Source: Bacilli bacterium
Lineage (GTDB): Bacteria; Bacillota_I; Bacilli_A; RF39; UBA660
NCBI GenBank assembly: GCA_017544165.1
Contig: JAFYER010000012.1
Location: 719 to 64,718 of the forward strand
DNA length: 64,000 nt
Reading direction: 5' to 3'
Part shown: in pieces, positions 27,268-37,212 of the stretch
How positions within the stretch are numbered: position 1 is the first letter of the stretch
Layout of the letters: the number at the start of each line of letters is the position of its first letter
Position numbers and translations under genes: made by a program
The notes under the pieces: model-generated
Told to the model about the DNA's origin: nothing
What the model saw: the letters and a program-made list of their open reading frames with translations, nothing else
The model's database searches: none

Positions 27268-28458
27268 TTAATTTCTTTTAAGCTTTTTATTAAGAAGTAT
27301 TACCCCCCCAAGTCCGGCAATAGCTATCAAAGCAGTTCCAACATAGAATACAACTTTATCGCCAGTATTTGGATTTGATGTATTTTCAACATAGAAATTG
27401 GTTGAAGCCTGTCCATCTGTGAAATTAACTAAAATCTTATGTTCACCACTATTAAGCGATTTCATAAACTCTTCATTAAAGGTAATAACTGTACTTCCAG
27501 CCTTAGCTGTATAATACTTTTCATCTACTTTTTTGTCATCTACATATACATCAACAAACTTGTCAAAATCTGCATCAATAATTATTGTTAATGTTTTATC
27601 ACTTTTATTATAAAAAGTTTGATTAGCAGAATTTTCTAAAAAATCGTAATATACTGTATTATCATCATAGATAACAAATATACCTACATTTTCAGTATTA
27701 AAATGCATACCACTATCTTTTTCATCGTATAATATTTCAATTGGTTCACTATAATCCATATTATCTTCATCAGCAAGTCTAATAGCGGTTAATCTATTAA
27801 ATAATTGATAATCATCTTTATCTGCTTTTAATAATAGTTTATATGTTGAATCAAGTAGGCGCTTTTCGTTGCCATGGTCATCATTAACGTAGACAAACAT
27901 TAAAGCTACAACTTCTTTTCTATCACCAAGCATCTCTTGTAAAGCTTCTATTTTTTCCTGATCCTCAGCAGGAAGTAATGAAAACATATCAGCAGATACT
28001 GTTTCAATTTCTAAAGTATCATCAATATGAAATGGTTTTTTATCTTTAGTGTCCTCTAAGAAATTTCCTGCTCCATCAATTATCTTGTTTAAATATAAAA
28101 GACTATTATCAGGTTCAGGTGGTTCCAATATTGGAGGTTCACATGCCTTGATAGATACGCTATTTTTAGAAAGTTCATTAGTTCCACTTTCATTTGATAA
28201 AGTAATGTCAATTGTTGTATCAGCATCAAAACCTAACACGAAATCAATTGAATAGTTACCATCGCTTATTTCATCAGTTTTAAAACCGATAAGATCACCT
28301 GCTGGATTAAATAAGGAAACAGTTGCATCATGACCGATTTGGGCACCGCTTACCGTTAAAACACATGTTTCTTCATCAAATGAAGTATTGATTGAAGCTG
28401 CATTTACAACACTAGGAATAAGTAATAAAGCAATTAAACTAAATAGTGTCTTTTTCAT
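27268..28458 (-). CDS. cell-wall-anchored surface protein with an NPNTG sorting signal
   Basis: Signal peptide is MKKTLFSLIALLLIPSVVNA. The C-terminus is SNPNTGD, then a hydrophobic stretch, then KKLKRN. Confidence 0.75.
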   Translation of the reverse strand: MKKTLFSLIALLLIPSVVNAASINTSFDEETCVLTVSGAQIGHDATVSLFNPAGDLIGFKTDEISDGNYSIDFVLGFDADTTIDITLSNESGTNELSKNSVSIKACEPPILEPPEPDNSLLYLNKIIDGAGNFLEDTKDKKPFHIDDTLEIETVSADMFSLLPAEDQEKIEALQEMLGDRKEVVALMFVYVNDDHGNEKRLLDSTYKLLLKADKDDYQLFNRLTAIRLADEDNMDYSEPIEILYDEKDSGMHFNTENVGIFVIYDDNTVYYDFLENSANQTFYNKSDKTLTIIIDADFDKFVDVYVDDKKVDEKYYTAKAGSTVITFNEEFMKSLNSGEHKILVNFTDGQASTNFYVENTSNPNTGDKVVFYVGTALIAIAGLGGVILLNKKLKRN

Positions 28459-28460
28459 TA

Positions 28461-30320
28461 TTACTCACCTCCATTTGCTTCATTATAGTGAATTTGGAAT
28501 ACTCTTCCTTCACCTATACCATATGTAAGTGATGGAATTGCATTTTCTTCGATTTCACCATTTATTAAGAATAAAGCAATTTTACGTACATTTAAATCTT
28601 TAGCATCGTTAGTATCAATTAAAACTATTTGATGCATAATTGAAGCATTGTCAATATTATCAAAATAATCTAAATTTTCAATTGGTACGCGTGTATCATA
28701 ACCAAATCTTACAAAATCTTTATTTACTTCGGTATTTAATGTATAACCACTATAAATTGTATTGAAATTTGCTTTAGCAATATAACCGCTTTCAGCAACA
28801 TCATGATTTAAATTAAATGTTTTAATATCAACAATCATATCAGTATTATCATAGAATAATGCTAAAACATTTGGAGTAAAGTTTTTATTTCTTGCATAAG
28901 CTCTTTCATTTTGTCCCCAGTTGTTTAAATCAATTGTATGATTAGTTTCATCTAAATTATCGACAACCATTATTGAATTTAGTTCTTCATAATCTTCATT
29001 TTCTACATAGAAGCTTGATAAAACTCCCCGATACTCAACTGAGAAGTATTTTCCTTGATTACAAGTATTACCATTATTATTTTCTTGACAATTTCTTCCT
29101 ATATCATCTGTTTCAATAACAGCTTCATTAAAGGCATAACGATTAATATAAAGTTTTACTGGTTCGCCAAATACATTAGTTCCACCATTTGTAATATTAA
29201 GTTCAAGTGTCATCATGTCTTGATAGAATGAACTAAAGATTACAGTTGCTACATTTGCATCATAATCAACACTATAACCATAACCTGTGCCAGTAACATC
29301 ATCAAAAGTTCCAAATGAACCACAATTGTTAGCACCACTGTTGACAACTGGTCTTGGAACAATCTTACTTAAATATAATTTCTTTGTTCCATAAAATAAT
29401 TGATTAATATATGCTTCATGTGATGCAGCAGTAAAACCAAATGCTAAATTGTTATCATTAAAGTTATTGACATCTCCTAGACCATTAAAACCAATAAAGC
29501 CTGGCATATAAACATTGATATCAAAATAAGCAAAATTGATTCTTCCATAAGATAGTTCATCAAAGCCTTTATTTATGATGATATAGCACATATGATTTTC
29601 ATCATCACACATAGGTTCAAACATATTTTCATTTCGGCCATCAAATAATATTACTGCTTCAGCTCTAAAATCGCCTTGCATTAATTCATTAAAATCTTGT
29701 TCATCAAATTCAAATAATAATACAGAACCATTTAGGACAGCATCCTCAGGTAAAATAATATCGCCATCACGATAATTTTCAACAAGTGTTTTTACTTCAG
29801 TACTGTAATTATTAATATCTTGTAAACTATCGCGATCATAATCAGTACCTATATAATTCATATATGAAATATTAAAACTTGCTTTTGGTGCATAATGGAT
29901 GTTAACTTCTACCTTGTTATCCTCAGTTGCAGTCTCTGGAATAAAGAATTCATAAACATATTCATCCAAGCTAAAGTCATATTCTCTAAAGAATGCTCCA
30001 TTTTCAGAACCTGCTACAAACCCTAATACTAAATCATGACCATTTAATCTAACCTCTAGACCATCGACATAATAACCAGGATTTGCCGATAATTCTAAAT
30101 GTACAAGATAATTACTCTTTTGTACTGCATCACTAGTATAGATATTATTTGGATCACTTTCATCATATCTAACTGTGTAGCTTCCTTGTCCAGTCTCCCC
30201 TGACTTAGTAATATTTACAAGTTTGCTTGGATCATCAATATTAATAGCATAAACGCCAATAAATGTAGCAATACCAAGTAAGACAACTATTGTAAATATT
30301 AACTTGCGTATTTTTTTCAT
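28461..30320 (-). CDS. large secreted protein (619 aa), no sorting signal
   Basis: Signal/anchor is MKKIRKLIFTIVVLLGIATFIGVYA. The gene abuts the NPNTG protein gene. Family unrecognised. Confidence 0.6.
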   Translation of the reverse strand: MKKIRKLIFTIVVLLGIATFIGVYAINIDDPSKLVNITKSGETGQGSYTVRYDESDPNNIYTSDAVQKSNYLVHLELSANPGYYVDGLEVRLNGHDLVLGFVAGSENGAFFREYDFSLDEYVYEFFIPETATEDNKVEVNIHYAPKASFNISYMNYIGTDYDRDSLQDINNYSTEVKTLVENYRDGDIILPEDAVLNGSVLLFEFDEQDFNELMQGDFRAEAVILFDGRNENMFEPMCDDENHMCYIIINKGFDELSYGRINFAYFDINVYMPGFIGFNGLGDVNNFNDNNLAFGFTAASHEAYINQLFYGTKKLYLSKIVPRPVVNSGANNCGSFGTFDDVTGTGYGYSVDYDANVATVIFSSFYQDMMTLELNITNGGTNVFGEPVKLYINRYAFNEAVIETDDIGRNCQENNNGNTCNQGKYFSVEYRGVLSSFYVENEDYEELNSIMVVDNLDETNHTIDLNNWGQNERAYARNKNFTPNVLALFYDNTDMIVDIKTFNLNHDVAESGYIAKANFNTIYSGYTLNTEVNKDFVRFGYDTRVPIENLDYFDNIDNASIMHQIVLIDTNDAKDLNVRKIALFLINGEIEENAIPSLTYGIGEGRVFQIHYNEANGGE

Positions 30321-30440
30321 CTTATTCTCCTTATATTACTCTTTTATCATACCATAAAAACAATCTTTTTTTCAATATTACGATACATAATTTTGTCAAA
30401 TAAAAAAACTTAGCACTAAATACTAAGTTAAAAAAACAAA

Positions 30441-30517
30441 TGGCGTCCTCGAGGGGATTTGAACCTCCGACCTACTCCTTAGGAGGGAGCCGCTCTATCC
30501 AGCTGAGCTACGAGGAC
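30441..30517 (-). tRNA. tRNA-Arg(CCU)
   Basis: GTCCTCGTAGCTCAGCTGGATAGAGCGGCTCCCTCCTAAGGAGTAGGTCGGAGGTTCAAATCCCCTCGAGGACGCCA. Confidence 0.9.
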
Positions 30518-30531
30518 ACACATTCATTATA

Positions 30532-31809
30532 TCACATTTTACTATTTGGTTTTAAAATTACCTCAGTAGTTTGATATTTTTTTAATAATTCTATTATCTT
30601 TTCTCCATCTTTAAAAGTTATTTCACTAAAAATATCTTTCATATTAGCAATTATTTTGTCATATTTAATGATTGAATTTCTTATGTCTATATTAACATCC
30701 GTAGCATCCTCATAACCTAAAATAGTCGAGGCTATTAAGACTTTTTTCTTTCTTTCAAAGTCTTCGGTTAAACAATTAAGCTCATTCATCTGCTCATCTA
30801 ATTTTTTACTTATTTCAATTGGATATGATGAAGATATTTCAAAAGTTATAATAATTTGTTCTTCCTCGACCGAAACCATATAATAAATTTCATCGACCAA
30901 ATTATTTGATATAACATAATCATTAAACTCACTTGTTGTTCCAAAATTTAAATCCATTATAATATTAAAAAGTATTCTTAAATGTAAATCATCAAAAACT
31001 TTATAACTTTTCTTAGAAATTTTATAACTTTTTAATAGTTTTTCTTTTGTGACATTTGTTTTAACTTCATCATGTTTTTTGACAACTTCATTCAGTTCTT
31101 TTTTACAAATAATTTCGGGATTTGAATATTTATCAAATTTTTGATTATTAAAATATTCATCGACTATTTTTTCAATTTCGTAAGGATTGACATTACCTGT
31201 TATAGTCAAAAACATATTTTTGGGATGATAAAAATTTCGAAATACATTTTGGGCATCTTCGATTGTAATACTTTTAATATCTTCGGGCATACCCGTTACT
31301 AAGTATTTTTTATTGTTTTCGATATACAAATTTTTTTGCAAAGTATCATAACCAATATTATAGGGATTATTTAAAACCATTTTAGCTTCTTCGATAATGA
31401 TTGGTTTTTCTTTCTGAATTAGCCTTTTCGTGAAAAAAGGATTTAAGACAAAATATAGTAAATGATTTAAGTTATCTTTAATGTTTTCATTGCAAACAAC
31501 TTCATATGACGTATGATCATATGTTGTATATGCATTAACATAACTGCCTAATTTGTTGTAATAATCATGTGCAGTCATATCTTTTGTTTCATTAAACTTA
31601 ATATGCTCTAAAAAATGGGCTATTCCTTTTGGCACTTCATAAGTTTGGCCACCCACTTTAAACTTGGTATGAACGCTTCCATATTTAACTGTTAAACTAA
31701 GTGATACTTCCTCACTCAAATTATATTTCCAAATATAAACTCTAAAACCATTTTTTAAAGTATGTTCAAAAACAGTTTCCCCTGCTCCTTTAATTTTAAT
31801 CTCTTTCAT
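30532..31809 (-). CDS. M16 (pitrilysin) family zinc peptidase, catalytic subunit
   Basis: Inverted zinc motif HFLEH (GIAHFLEHIKF) with a downstream NAYT. Confidence 0.8.
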   Translation of the reverse strand: MKEIKIKGAGETVFEHTLKNGFRVYIWKYNLSEEVSLSLTVKYGSVHTKFKVGGQTYEVPKGIAHFLEHIKFNETKDMTAHDYYNKLGSYVNAYTTYDHTSYEVVCNENIKDNLNHLLYFVLNPFFTKRLIQKEKPIIIEEAKMVLNNPYNIGYDTLQKNLYIENNKKYLVTGMPEDIKSITIEDAQNVFRNFYHPKNMFLTITGNVNPYEIEKIVDEYFNNQKFDKYSNPEIICKKELNEVVKKHDEVKTNVTKEKLLKSYKISKKSYKVFDDLHLRILFNIIMDLNFGTTSEFNDYVISNNLVDEIYYMVSVEEEQIIITFEISSSYPIEISKKLDEQMNELNCLTEDFERKKKVLIASTILGYEDATDVNIDIRNSIIKYDKIIANMKDIFSEITFKDGEKIIELLKKYQTTEVILKPNSKM

Positions 31810-33070
31810 TTGCTGCCTCGCTTAAAATATAAATGGTATTTTCTTTGATTTTACCAGCTAGTCTTATAATGTCCTCTTTGGTTATTTTATCAATTAAATC
31901 GATTTTTTCTTCGATATCATAATTTCCTATATAATATTTAAACTCATAATTTGAAAGTATGGCATAAGGATTATTCTTATTAACATTCAAGGACAATAAT
32001 AGATTTCTTTTAGCATCTTTGATATCATCTTCCGTAAAATCACCTTTTTGCATTTCTTTAATGGCTTTTTTCACCATTTTAATTGCCTTTTCAGTATTTT
32101 CTAAACTTAATGAAGAAGCAATGCATAAAAGATTATCATATTTAAAATACATACTGGCTACTTTATAGCAATAATTATTTTCTTCCCTAATATACCTATA
32201 TAATTTACTAGTAAGTCCCCCATTACCTAATATATAATTTAATAAATGAAAAGTAATTTCTTTTTCATCTTTTGTTAAATTATCCAAATTATAAATCATA
32301 ACCAATTGAGATTGTAAAAAAGATGAAGCTTCTTTTGTCATAACAAATCTTTTTCTTGTTTTATTATCAATATAATAATCTATTTTTTGATTACGTATCT
32401 TATGATTAATATAGCGTTTTTTAATTAGTTTAACAATATTATCCATATTAGTATTACCAATTACAAAAAAGTCAATCATAGCATTATTCATGATGGATTT
32501 ATAATAGTCATAAAGCTTAGATGGCGTAATTTTACTTATGTCCTCTTTGGTACCAAGTACATTAAAAGAACTTACACTTTTATCATCCATTTTTATTAAA
32601 GCATTATTAATCGCTTTCTTTTCAGCGTTTTCTTCGATACTGTCAATATCAATTAAAATACTATTTTTTACTATATTAAAAACGTCTAAATCAAATTCTT
32701 CGGCAGAAACATTAGGTTTAGTAATTGTTTCACATAAAAAAGATATGACATCGTCAAGATAAGTTTTATCATCAATAAATTCAGGATTAATAAAATCTAT
32801 TGAAAAAATAAAATTTAGGCAATTACCGACTTTATTAGAATAAGCATAATAATATGCCTTATATAGGTTTTCAAGTTTAATAGCCATTGCTCTTCGGTTA
32901 GGATATTTTTTCGAAGATTGAGCCATTACCTCAGACAAAAAAGAACTTACTCCTAGATTATCTTTTTCAATTGGCATCCGAAATACTACTTCAATTTTAG
33001 TTGTCTTAAAACGATTTGTTTTAATTGTATGAATATTGTATGATTTACAATCGATTTTTATATGCTCCAT
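31796..33070 (-). CDS. M16 family peptidase-like protein, non-catalytic subunit
   Basis: M16 fold pattern, but the HxxEH position reads SFLSE. It overlaps the catalytic partner by 14 nt. The start was set at MEHIKID, which follows the RBS GAGGTGG. Confidence 0.75.
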   Translation of the reverse strand: MEHIKIDCKSYNIHTIKTNRFKTTKIEVVFRMPIEKDNLGVSSFLSEVMAQSSKKYPNRRAMAIKLENLYKAYYYAYSNKVGNCLNFIFSIDFINPEFIDDKTYLDDVISFLCETITKPNVSAEEFDLDVFNIVKNSILIDIDSIEENAEKKAINNALIKMDDKSVSSFNVLGTKEDISKITPSKLYDYYKSIMNNAMIDFFVIGNTNMDNIVKLIKKRYINHKIRNQKIDYYIDNKTRKRFVMTKEASSFLQSQLVMIYNLDNLTKDEKEITFHLLNYILGNGGLTSKLYRYIREENNYCYKVASMYFKYDNLLCIASSLSLENTEKAIKMVKKAIKEMQKGDFTEDDIKDAKRNLLLSLNVNKNNPYAILSNYEFKYYIGNYDIEEKIDLIDKITKEDIIRLAGKIKENTIYILSEAANERD

Positions 33071-33097
33071 CTGCCACCTCATTTTTATTATTTACGA

Positions 33098-34219
33098 TTA
33101 TTTATTATTTATGTTTAAATATTGTTCATCAAAAAAATCATCAGTCATCCCTGAAATATAATCTATAGCGATTCTTTCCGGAGAATTTTCCCTATATTCC
33201 TCACTCATTTTTGCTAAATAAGAGCCAATAATTGTGCTTTTAGAATTATTATTTTTGATGTCACTGATATATTTAGTAATAAGAGTTCTAAATTTTGTTT
33301 CAAGCTCCTTTTTTCCTTTATCAGTTAAACTCTTACTATAAATATGTTCATAATTAAATTTTTTTAGAGCACTAATTGCTTTAAAAACATCATCACTCAT
33401 TTTTAAATATGGAAGGTCAATGCTATTTTTAATAATATCATTAATAATTGTTTCTACGATATCACTATTATTTGTACCCAAAACTGATGTAATTTCTTTA
33501 GGAATATCCTCGAAAGAAACTAAACCTTTACGAACTCCATCTTCAATATCACGACCAAGATAGGCAATAATGTCACTTATTCTTACAACACAACCCTCGA
33601 GAGTCATTGGTCTTAAGTATTTAGCTGTTTCTGGGTCACTATAAGCTCCATAATATTCTTTTAAAAAATCATCACTACTTTTTTTCTTAGGATAATACTC
33701 ATTTGATACAAGTTCTCCATTATGGCACATAATAGCATCAAGAACTTGAACAGAAACATTATGGCCCTTACCATAGTTTTCCACAAACATTAAATTACGA
33801 ACGCTATTTATATTATGATAAAAATTACCTTCGCCTAGTTCCATAGATATTCTATTTAGTATTCTTTCACCCTCATGTCCATAAGGTGTATGCCCTAAAT
33901 CATGACCAAGAGCAGCAGCCTCGATTAAATCTTCATTTAAACCAAGAGCTCTTCCGATGGTTCTAGCAATTTTGGAAACATATTGAACATGTAGCATCCT
34001 ACTTTGTAAGTGGTCATTATCACGATTAGCAAATACTTGGCATTTTTTCATATACCTTATATATGATAAAGAATATATTATTTTATCAGCATCATGAAAA
34101 TATGGTGGACGAATATCTTTCTTAACAGTTTTTAAATAAACTGCTTCTTCATCTTTAGTTGCATATTTTCCTAACACTGTATTATGTCTTTGCATATTAC
34201 TAATAATCGATTCATTCAT
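33098..34219 (-). CDS. HD-domain dNTP triphosphohydrolase (dGTPase-like)
   Basis: HVQYVS...AAALGHDLGHTPYGHEGE...VRISDIIAY. Confidence 0.8.
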   Translation of the reverse strand: MNESIISNMQRHNTVLGKYATKDEEAVYLKTVKKDIRPPYFHDADKIIYSLSYIRYMKKCQVFANRDNDHLQSRMLHVQYVSKIARTIGRALGLNEDLIEAAALGHDLGHTPYGHEGERILNRISMELGEGNFYHNINSVRNLMFVENYGKGHNVSVQVLDAIMCHNGELVSNEYYPKKKSSDDFLKEYYGAYSDPETAKYLRPMTLEGCVVRISDIIAYLGRDIEDGVRKGLVSFEDIPKEITSVLGTNNSDIVETIINDIIKNSIDLPYLKMSDDVFKAISALKKFNYEHIYSKSLTDKGKKELETKFRTLITKYISDIKNNNSKSTIIGSYLAKMSEEYRENSPERIAIDYISGMTDDFFDEQYLNINNK

Positions 34220-34325
34220 TACTACCACTTCCTAACCATATTTTATCAAATTTTAAAAAGGATTTATATAAAAATTTGACATTTTTATAAAGAACGATAA
34301 AATAGAAGATAAGGAAGGATTAGAT

Positions 34326-34934
34326 ATGAAAAAGAAAAGTATTATATTACTCATTATGTTTTTGTTTTTACTAACAGGATGTAAAGGAAAGCCAAAGGAA
34401 AACCCAATCGTTACGATGACTATTGCAGATTATGGAGAAATTAAGATGGAATTATACCCTAAGATAGCTCCGAACACTGTTGCTAACTTTGTTAATTTAA
34501 TCGAAGATGGTTTTTATGATGGTAATAATTTTCATCGTCTTATGAAAGGCTTTTGTTTACAAGGTGGTGACCCTACCGCTACTGGCGGAGGCGATGCTGG
34601 TTATAAAATCAAAGGTGAATTTAGTTTAAATGGTTATACTAATAAACTATCACATACAACGGGAATAGTATCTATGGCAAGAGCTACAGATTATAACTCC
34701 GCTGGTAGTCAATTCTTTATTGTACTTAGTGATAATTACACAATGGATCTTGATGGTAAATATGCTGGCTTTGGTAAAGTAATCGAAGGAATGGACGTCA
34801 TCAAAGAAATTGAAAATGGCGAATATGAATATTCTGATGAACAAAATGGTATTTTAGCAGAACCTATTATCATTGAAAAAGTTACAGTAGATGCAAAAGG
34901 CTATGAATACACAGTTAAGAAGATTTCTAACTAG
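34326..34934 (+). CDS. cyclophilin-type peptidyl-prolyl isomerase, lipoprotein
   Basis: Lipobox LLTGC, plus FHRLMKGFCLQGGDP...GSQFFIV. Confidence 0.9.
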   Translation: MKKKSIILLIMFLFLLTGCKGKPKENPIVTMTIADYGEIKMELYPKIAPNTVANFVNLIEDGFYDGNNFHRLMKGFCLQGGDPTATGGGDAGYKIKGEFSLNGYTNKLSHTTGIVSMARATDYNSAGSQFFIVLSDNYTMDLDGKYAGFGKVIEGMDVIKEIENGEYEYSDEQNGILAEPIIIEKVTVDAKGYEYTVKKISN

Positions 34935-34950
34935 TATTCACAGCCTTTTT

Positions 34951-36306
34951 TTAGTTGTTATATTTGTTTATAAGTTCTAAATACTTTTCTTGATATTCTT
35001 TTAGTTTTTCTTCGGAAGTTGCTTCCACTCTAAAGGTAATATTTGGGCCGGTATTACTGGCTCTAATAAGAACCCAACCATCTTCGAAGGTAATTCTAAT
35101 GCCATCAATATCATTTATTCGAAGGCCTTGTGGTTCTATTTCTTTTTTGATGCTTTCAATTATGTCAAATTTAGTTTCATCTTTAGTTTTAATTTTAATC
35201 TCATCAGTTGCAAAATAATGAGTAAATTCTTTTATCATTTCACTTAATTTAAAATCTGTTTGACTCATTATTTCAATGAAACGTAGTGATGCATATAGGG
35301 CTGAACAACAATCGATATCGCGGTCATTAAAGTATGCATGTCCCGAGTATTCACAACCAAATGGAATGCTATCTTCATGGACTTTAAACTGAGTATAAGA
35401 AGCACCAGTTCGATAACAAATTGGATTTCCTCCTAATGTTTTTGTGTAATCTTCAACGGTTTTTGAACACTTTATATCATATAAAAACTCTTTTTTATCA
35501 ACCTTGTCTATCATGCTTTTGATAACAATATTCATAAAGTATTCAATCGGTAGTATTTCACCACTTTCCATTACTAGGCCTAGTCTATCTCCGTCACCGT
35601 CATAAGCAATACCAAAATCAGCGTTATTTTCTATTACAGCTTTTGATAACATTTGCATATTCTCTTTTACCGAAGGGTCTGGATGGTGATTTGGAAAACT
35701 TCCATCGGAAATATCATTGATATATATTGCTTCTATCTCTTCGAAATTAAATACATCTTTGATAATTGTACTTACTACACCATTTCCCGGATCAAAAACA
35801 ACTTTTCTTTTAATTGGGCCAATATTAATTGTGTTATATAGATATTCAAAATATGCTTCTTTAATACTAGCTTTTTCGATTGTTCCCATTCCACTTTTGA
35901 AGTTACCCTCCAAAACATAGTTTTTAAATTCGTCAATCATCTCTCCACGAGCATTAATCATTCCATCAAACGAAAATTTAAATCCGTTATCATCTTTTGG
36001 GTTATGAGAAGCAGTAACCATAATACCAGGAATATTATAATAATTTCTTGCAAAATAGTTCATTGGGGTCGTGGTAAGACCTAAATCAATTACACTACAA
36101 CCACTTTCCGTAATACCTTTGATTAAACTTTCAGTTAAACTATCTGAGGATAGTCTATTATCATGGGAAACAACACATTTTGTTTGATTATATTTTTCTT
36201 GTAAATAAGAGCCATATCCTTTTCCTATTTTATAGGCTACTTCTTCATTTATTTCACTAGGGTATATACCTCTTATGTCATATGCTCTAAATATTTCTAT
36301 ATTCAT
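34951..36306 (-). CDS. phosphomannomutase / phosphoglucomutase family
   Basis: Active-site loop TASHNPKDDNGFK and metal loop YDGDGDR. Confidence 0.9.
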   Translation of the reverse strand: MNIEIFRAYDIRGIYPSEINEEVAYKIGKGYGSYLQEKYNQTKCVVSHDNRLSSDSLTESLIKGITESGCSVIDLGLTTTPMNYFARNYYNIPGIMVTASHNPKDDNGFKFSFDGMINARGEMIDEFKNYVLEGNFKSGMGTIEKASIKEAYFEYLYNTINIGPIKRKVVFDPGNGVVSTIIKDVFNFEEIEAIYINDISDGSFPNHHPDPSVKENMQMLSKAVIENNADFGIAYDGDGDRLGLVMESGEILPIEYFMNIVIKSMIDKVDKKEFLYDIKCSKTVEDYTKTLGGNPICYRTGASYTQFKVHEDSIPFGCEYSGHAYFNDRDIDCCSALYASLRFIEIMSQTDFKLSEMIKEFTHYFATDEIKIKTKDETKFDIIESIKKEIEPQGLRINDIDGIRITFEDGWVLIRASNTGPNITFRVEATSEEKLKEYQEKYLELINKYNN

Positions 36307-36312
36307 AACAGC

Positions 36313-37038
36313 CTACTTTATAATAGCTTCGAGAGCTATTTTAATCATATTATCAAGGGACTTTTCTCTTTCCTCAATAGAAAGAACTCTATCACTATAT
36401 TTTGAATCAGTTACTGTAACCATTGCCGTTGCTTTTCTCCCTAAAACATTAGCTACATGGCATAGTGCAAATGTTTCCATCTCCTCACCTAATGGTTTAT
36501 ATTCTTTTGGGATTCTATTAATTACTCTTTCAGCGTCAATATAAGGGCCAAACACTTCAGTTGTGGCAAGCATACCAACATGAACTAAATTTCTTAAATT
36601 TAGTTCATTACTAGCAGCAATAATACTTTCGTTTAATTCTTTTGATACGCCCACAACGTCTTTATCATAATTACTATAAGTATAAGCAAAGTTGCTTTCC
36701 GAATAAGCACTATCGGCAAGAATTATCTCATTTAACTGAGCATCCGGACTTAAGGCTCCGCATGTACCAATTCTAATTATCTTTTGAACATTAAAGAAAT
36801 GAAATAGTTCGAATGAATAGATTCCCATACTTGGCATCCCCATTCCACTACCCATTACAGTTATTTTTTTTCCTTTATAAATGCCAGTAAAACCAAACAT
36901 ATTTCTTACATTTGTAATAAGTTTGGGATCATCTAAAAAATTATCTGCAATGTATTTTGCCCGAAGTGGATCACCTGGCATTAATACAAGCTCACTAATA
37001 TCAGCATCCGGATTAATATGAAGTGGTTTCTCTACCAT
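36313..37038 (-). CDS. deoD: purine nucleoside phosphorylase DeoD-type
   Basis: LMPGDPLRAKYIADNFL...GSGMGMPSMGIYSFEL...GEEMETFAL. Confidence 0.9.
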   Translation of the reverse strand: MVEKPLHINPDADISELVLMPGDPLRAKYIADNFLDDPKLITNVRNMFGFTGIYKGKKITVMGSGMGMPSMGIYSFELFHFFNVQKIIRIGTCGALSPDAQLNEIILADSAYSESNFAYTYSNYDKDVVGVSKELNESIIAASNELNLRNLVHVGMLATTEVFGPYIDAERVINRIPKEYKPLGEEMETFALCHVANVLGRKATAMVTVTDSKYSDRVLSIEEREKSLDNMIKIALEAIIK

Positions 37039-37212
37039 TAAAAATCACCATACCTTACTATTTAAATAGTATCAAATAACAAAGATAATTTCTAGATGTT
37101 TACGTATAATTTACTATTTGTTCACACATATATAATATTTTTTAAAAAAGTTTCATTTAAAAAAAGGAAATCAGATAAAAACTCGGTATATATAAGGGTG
37201 AAAGGAGGTTTA

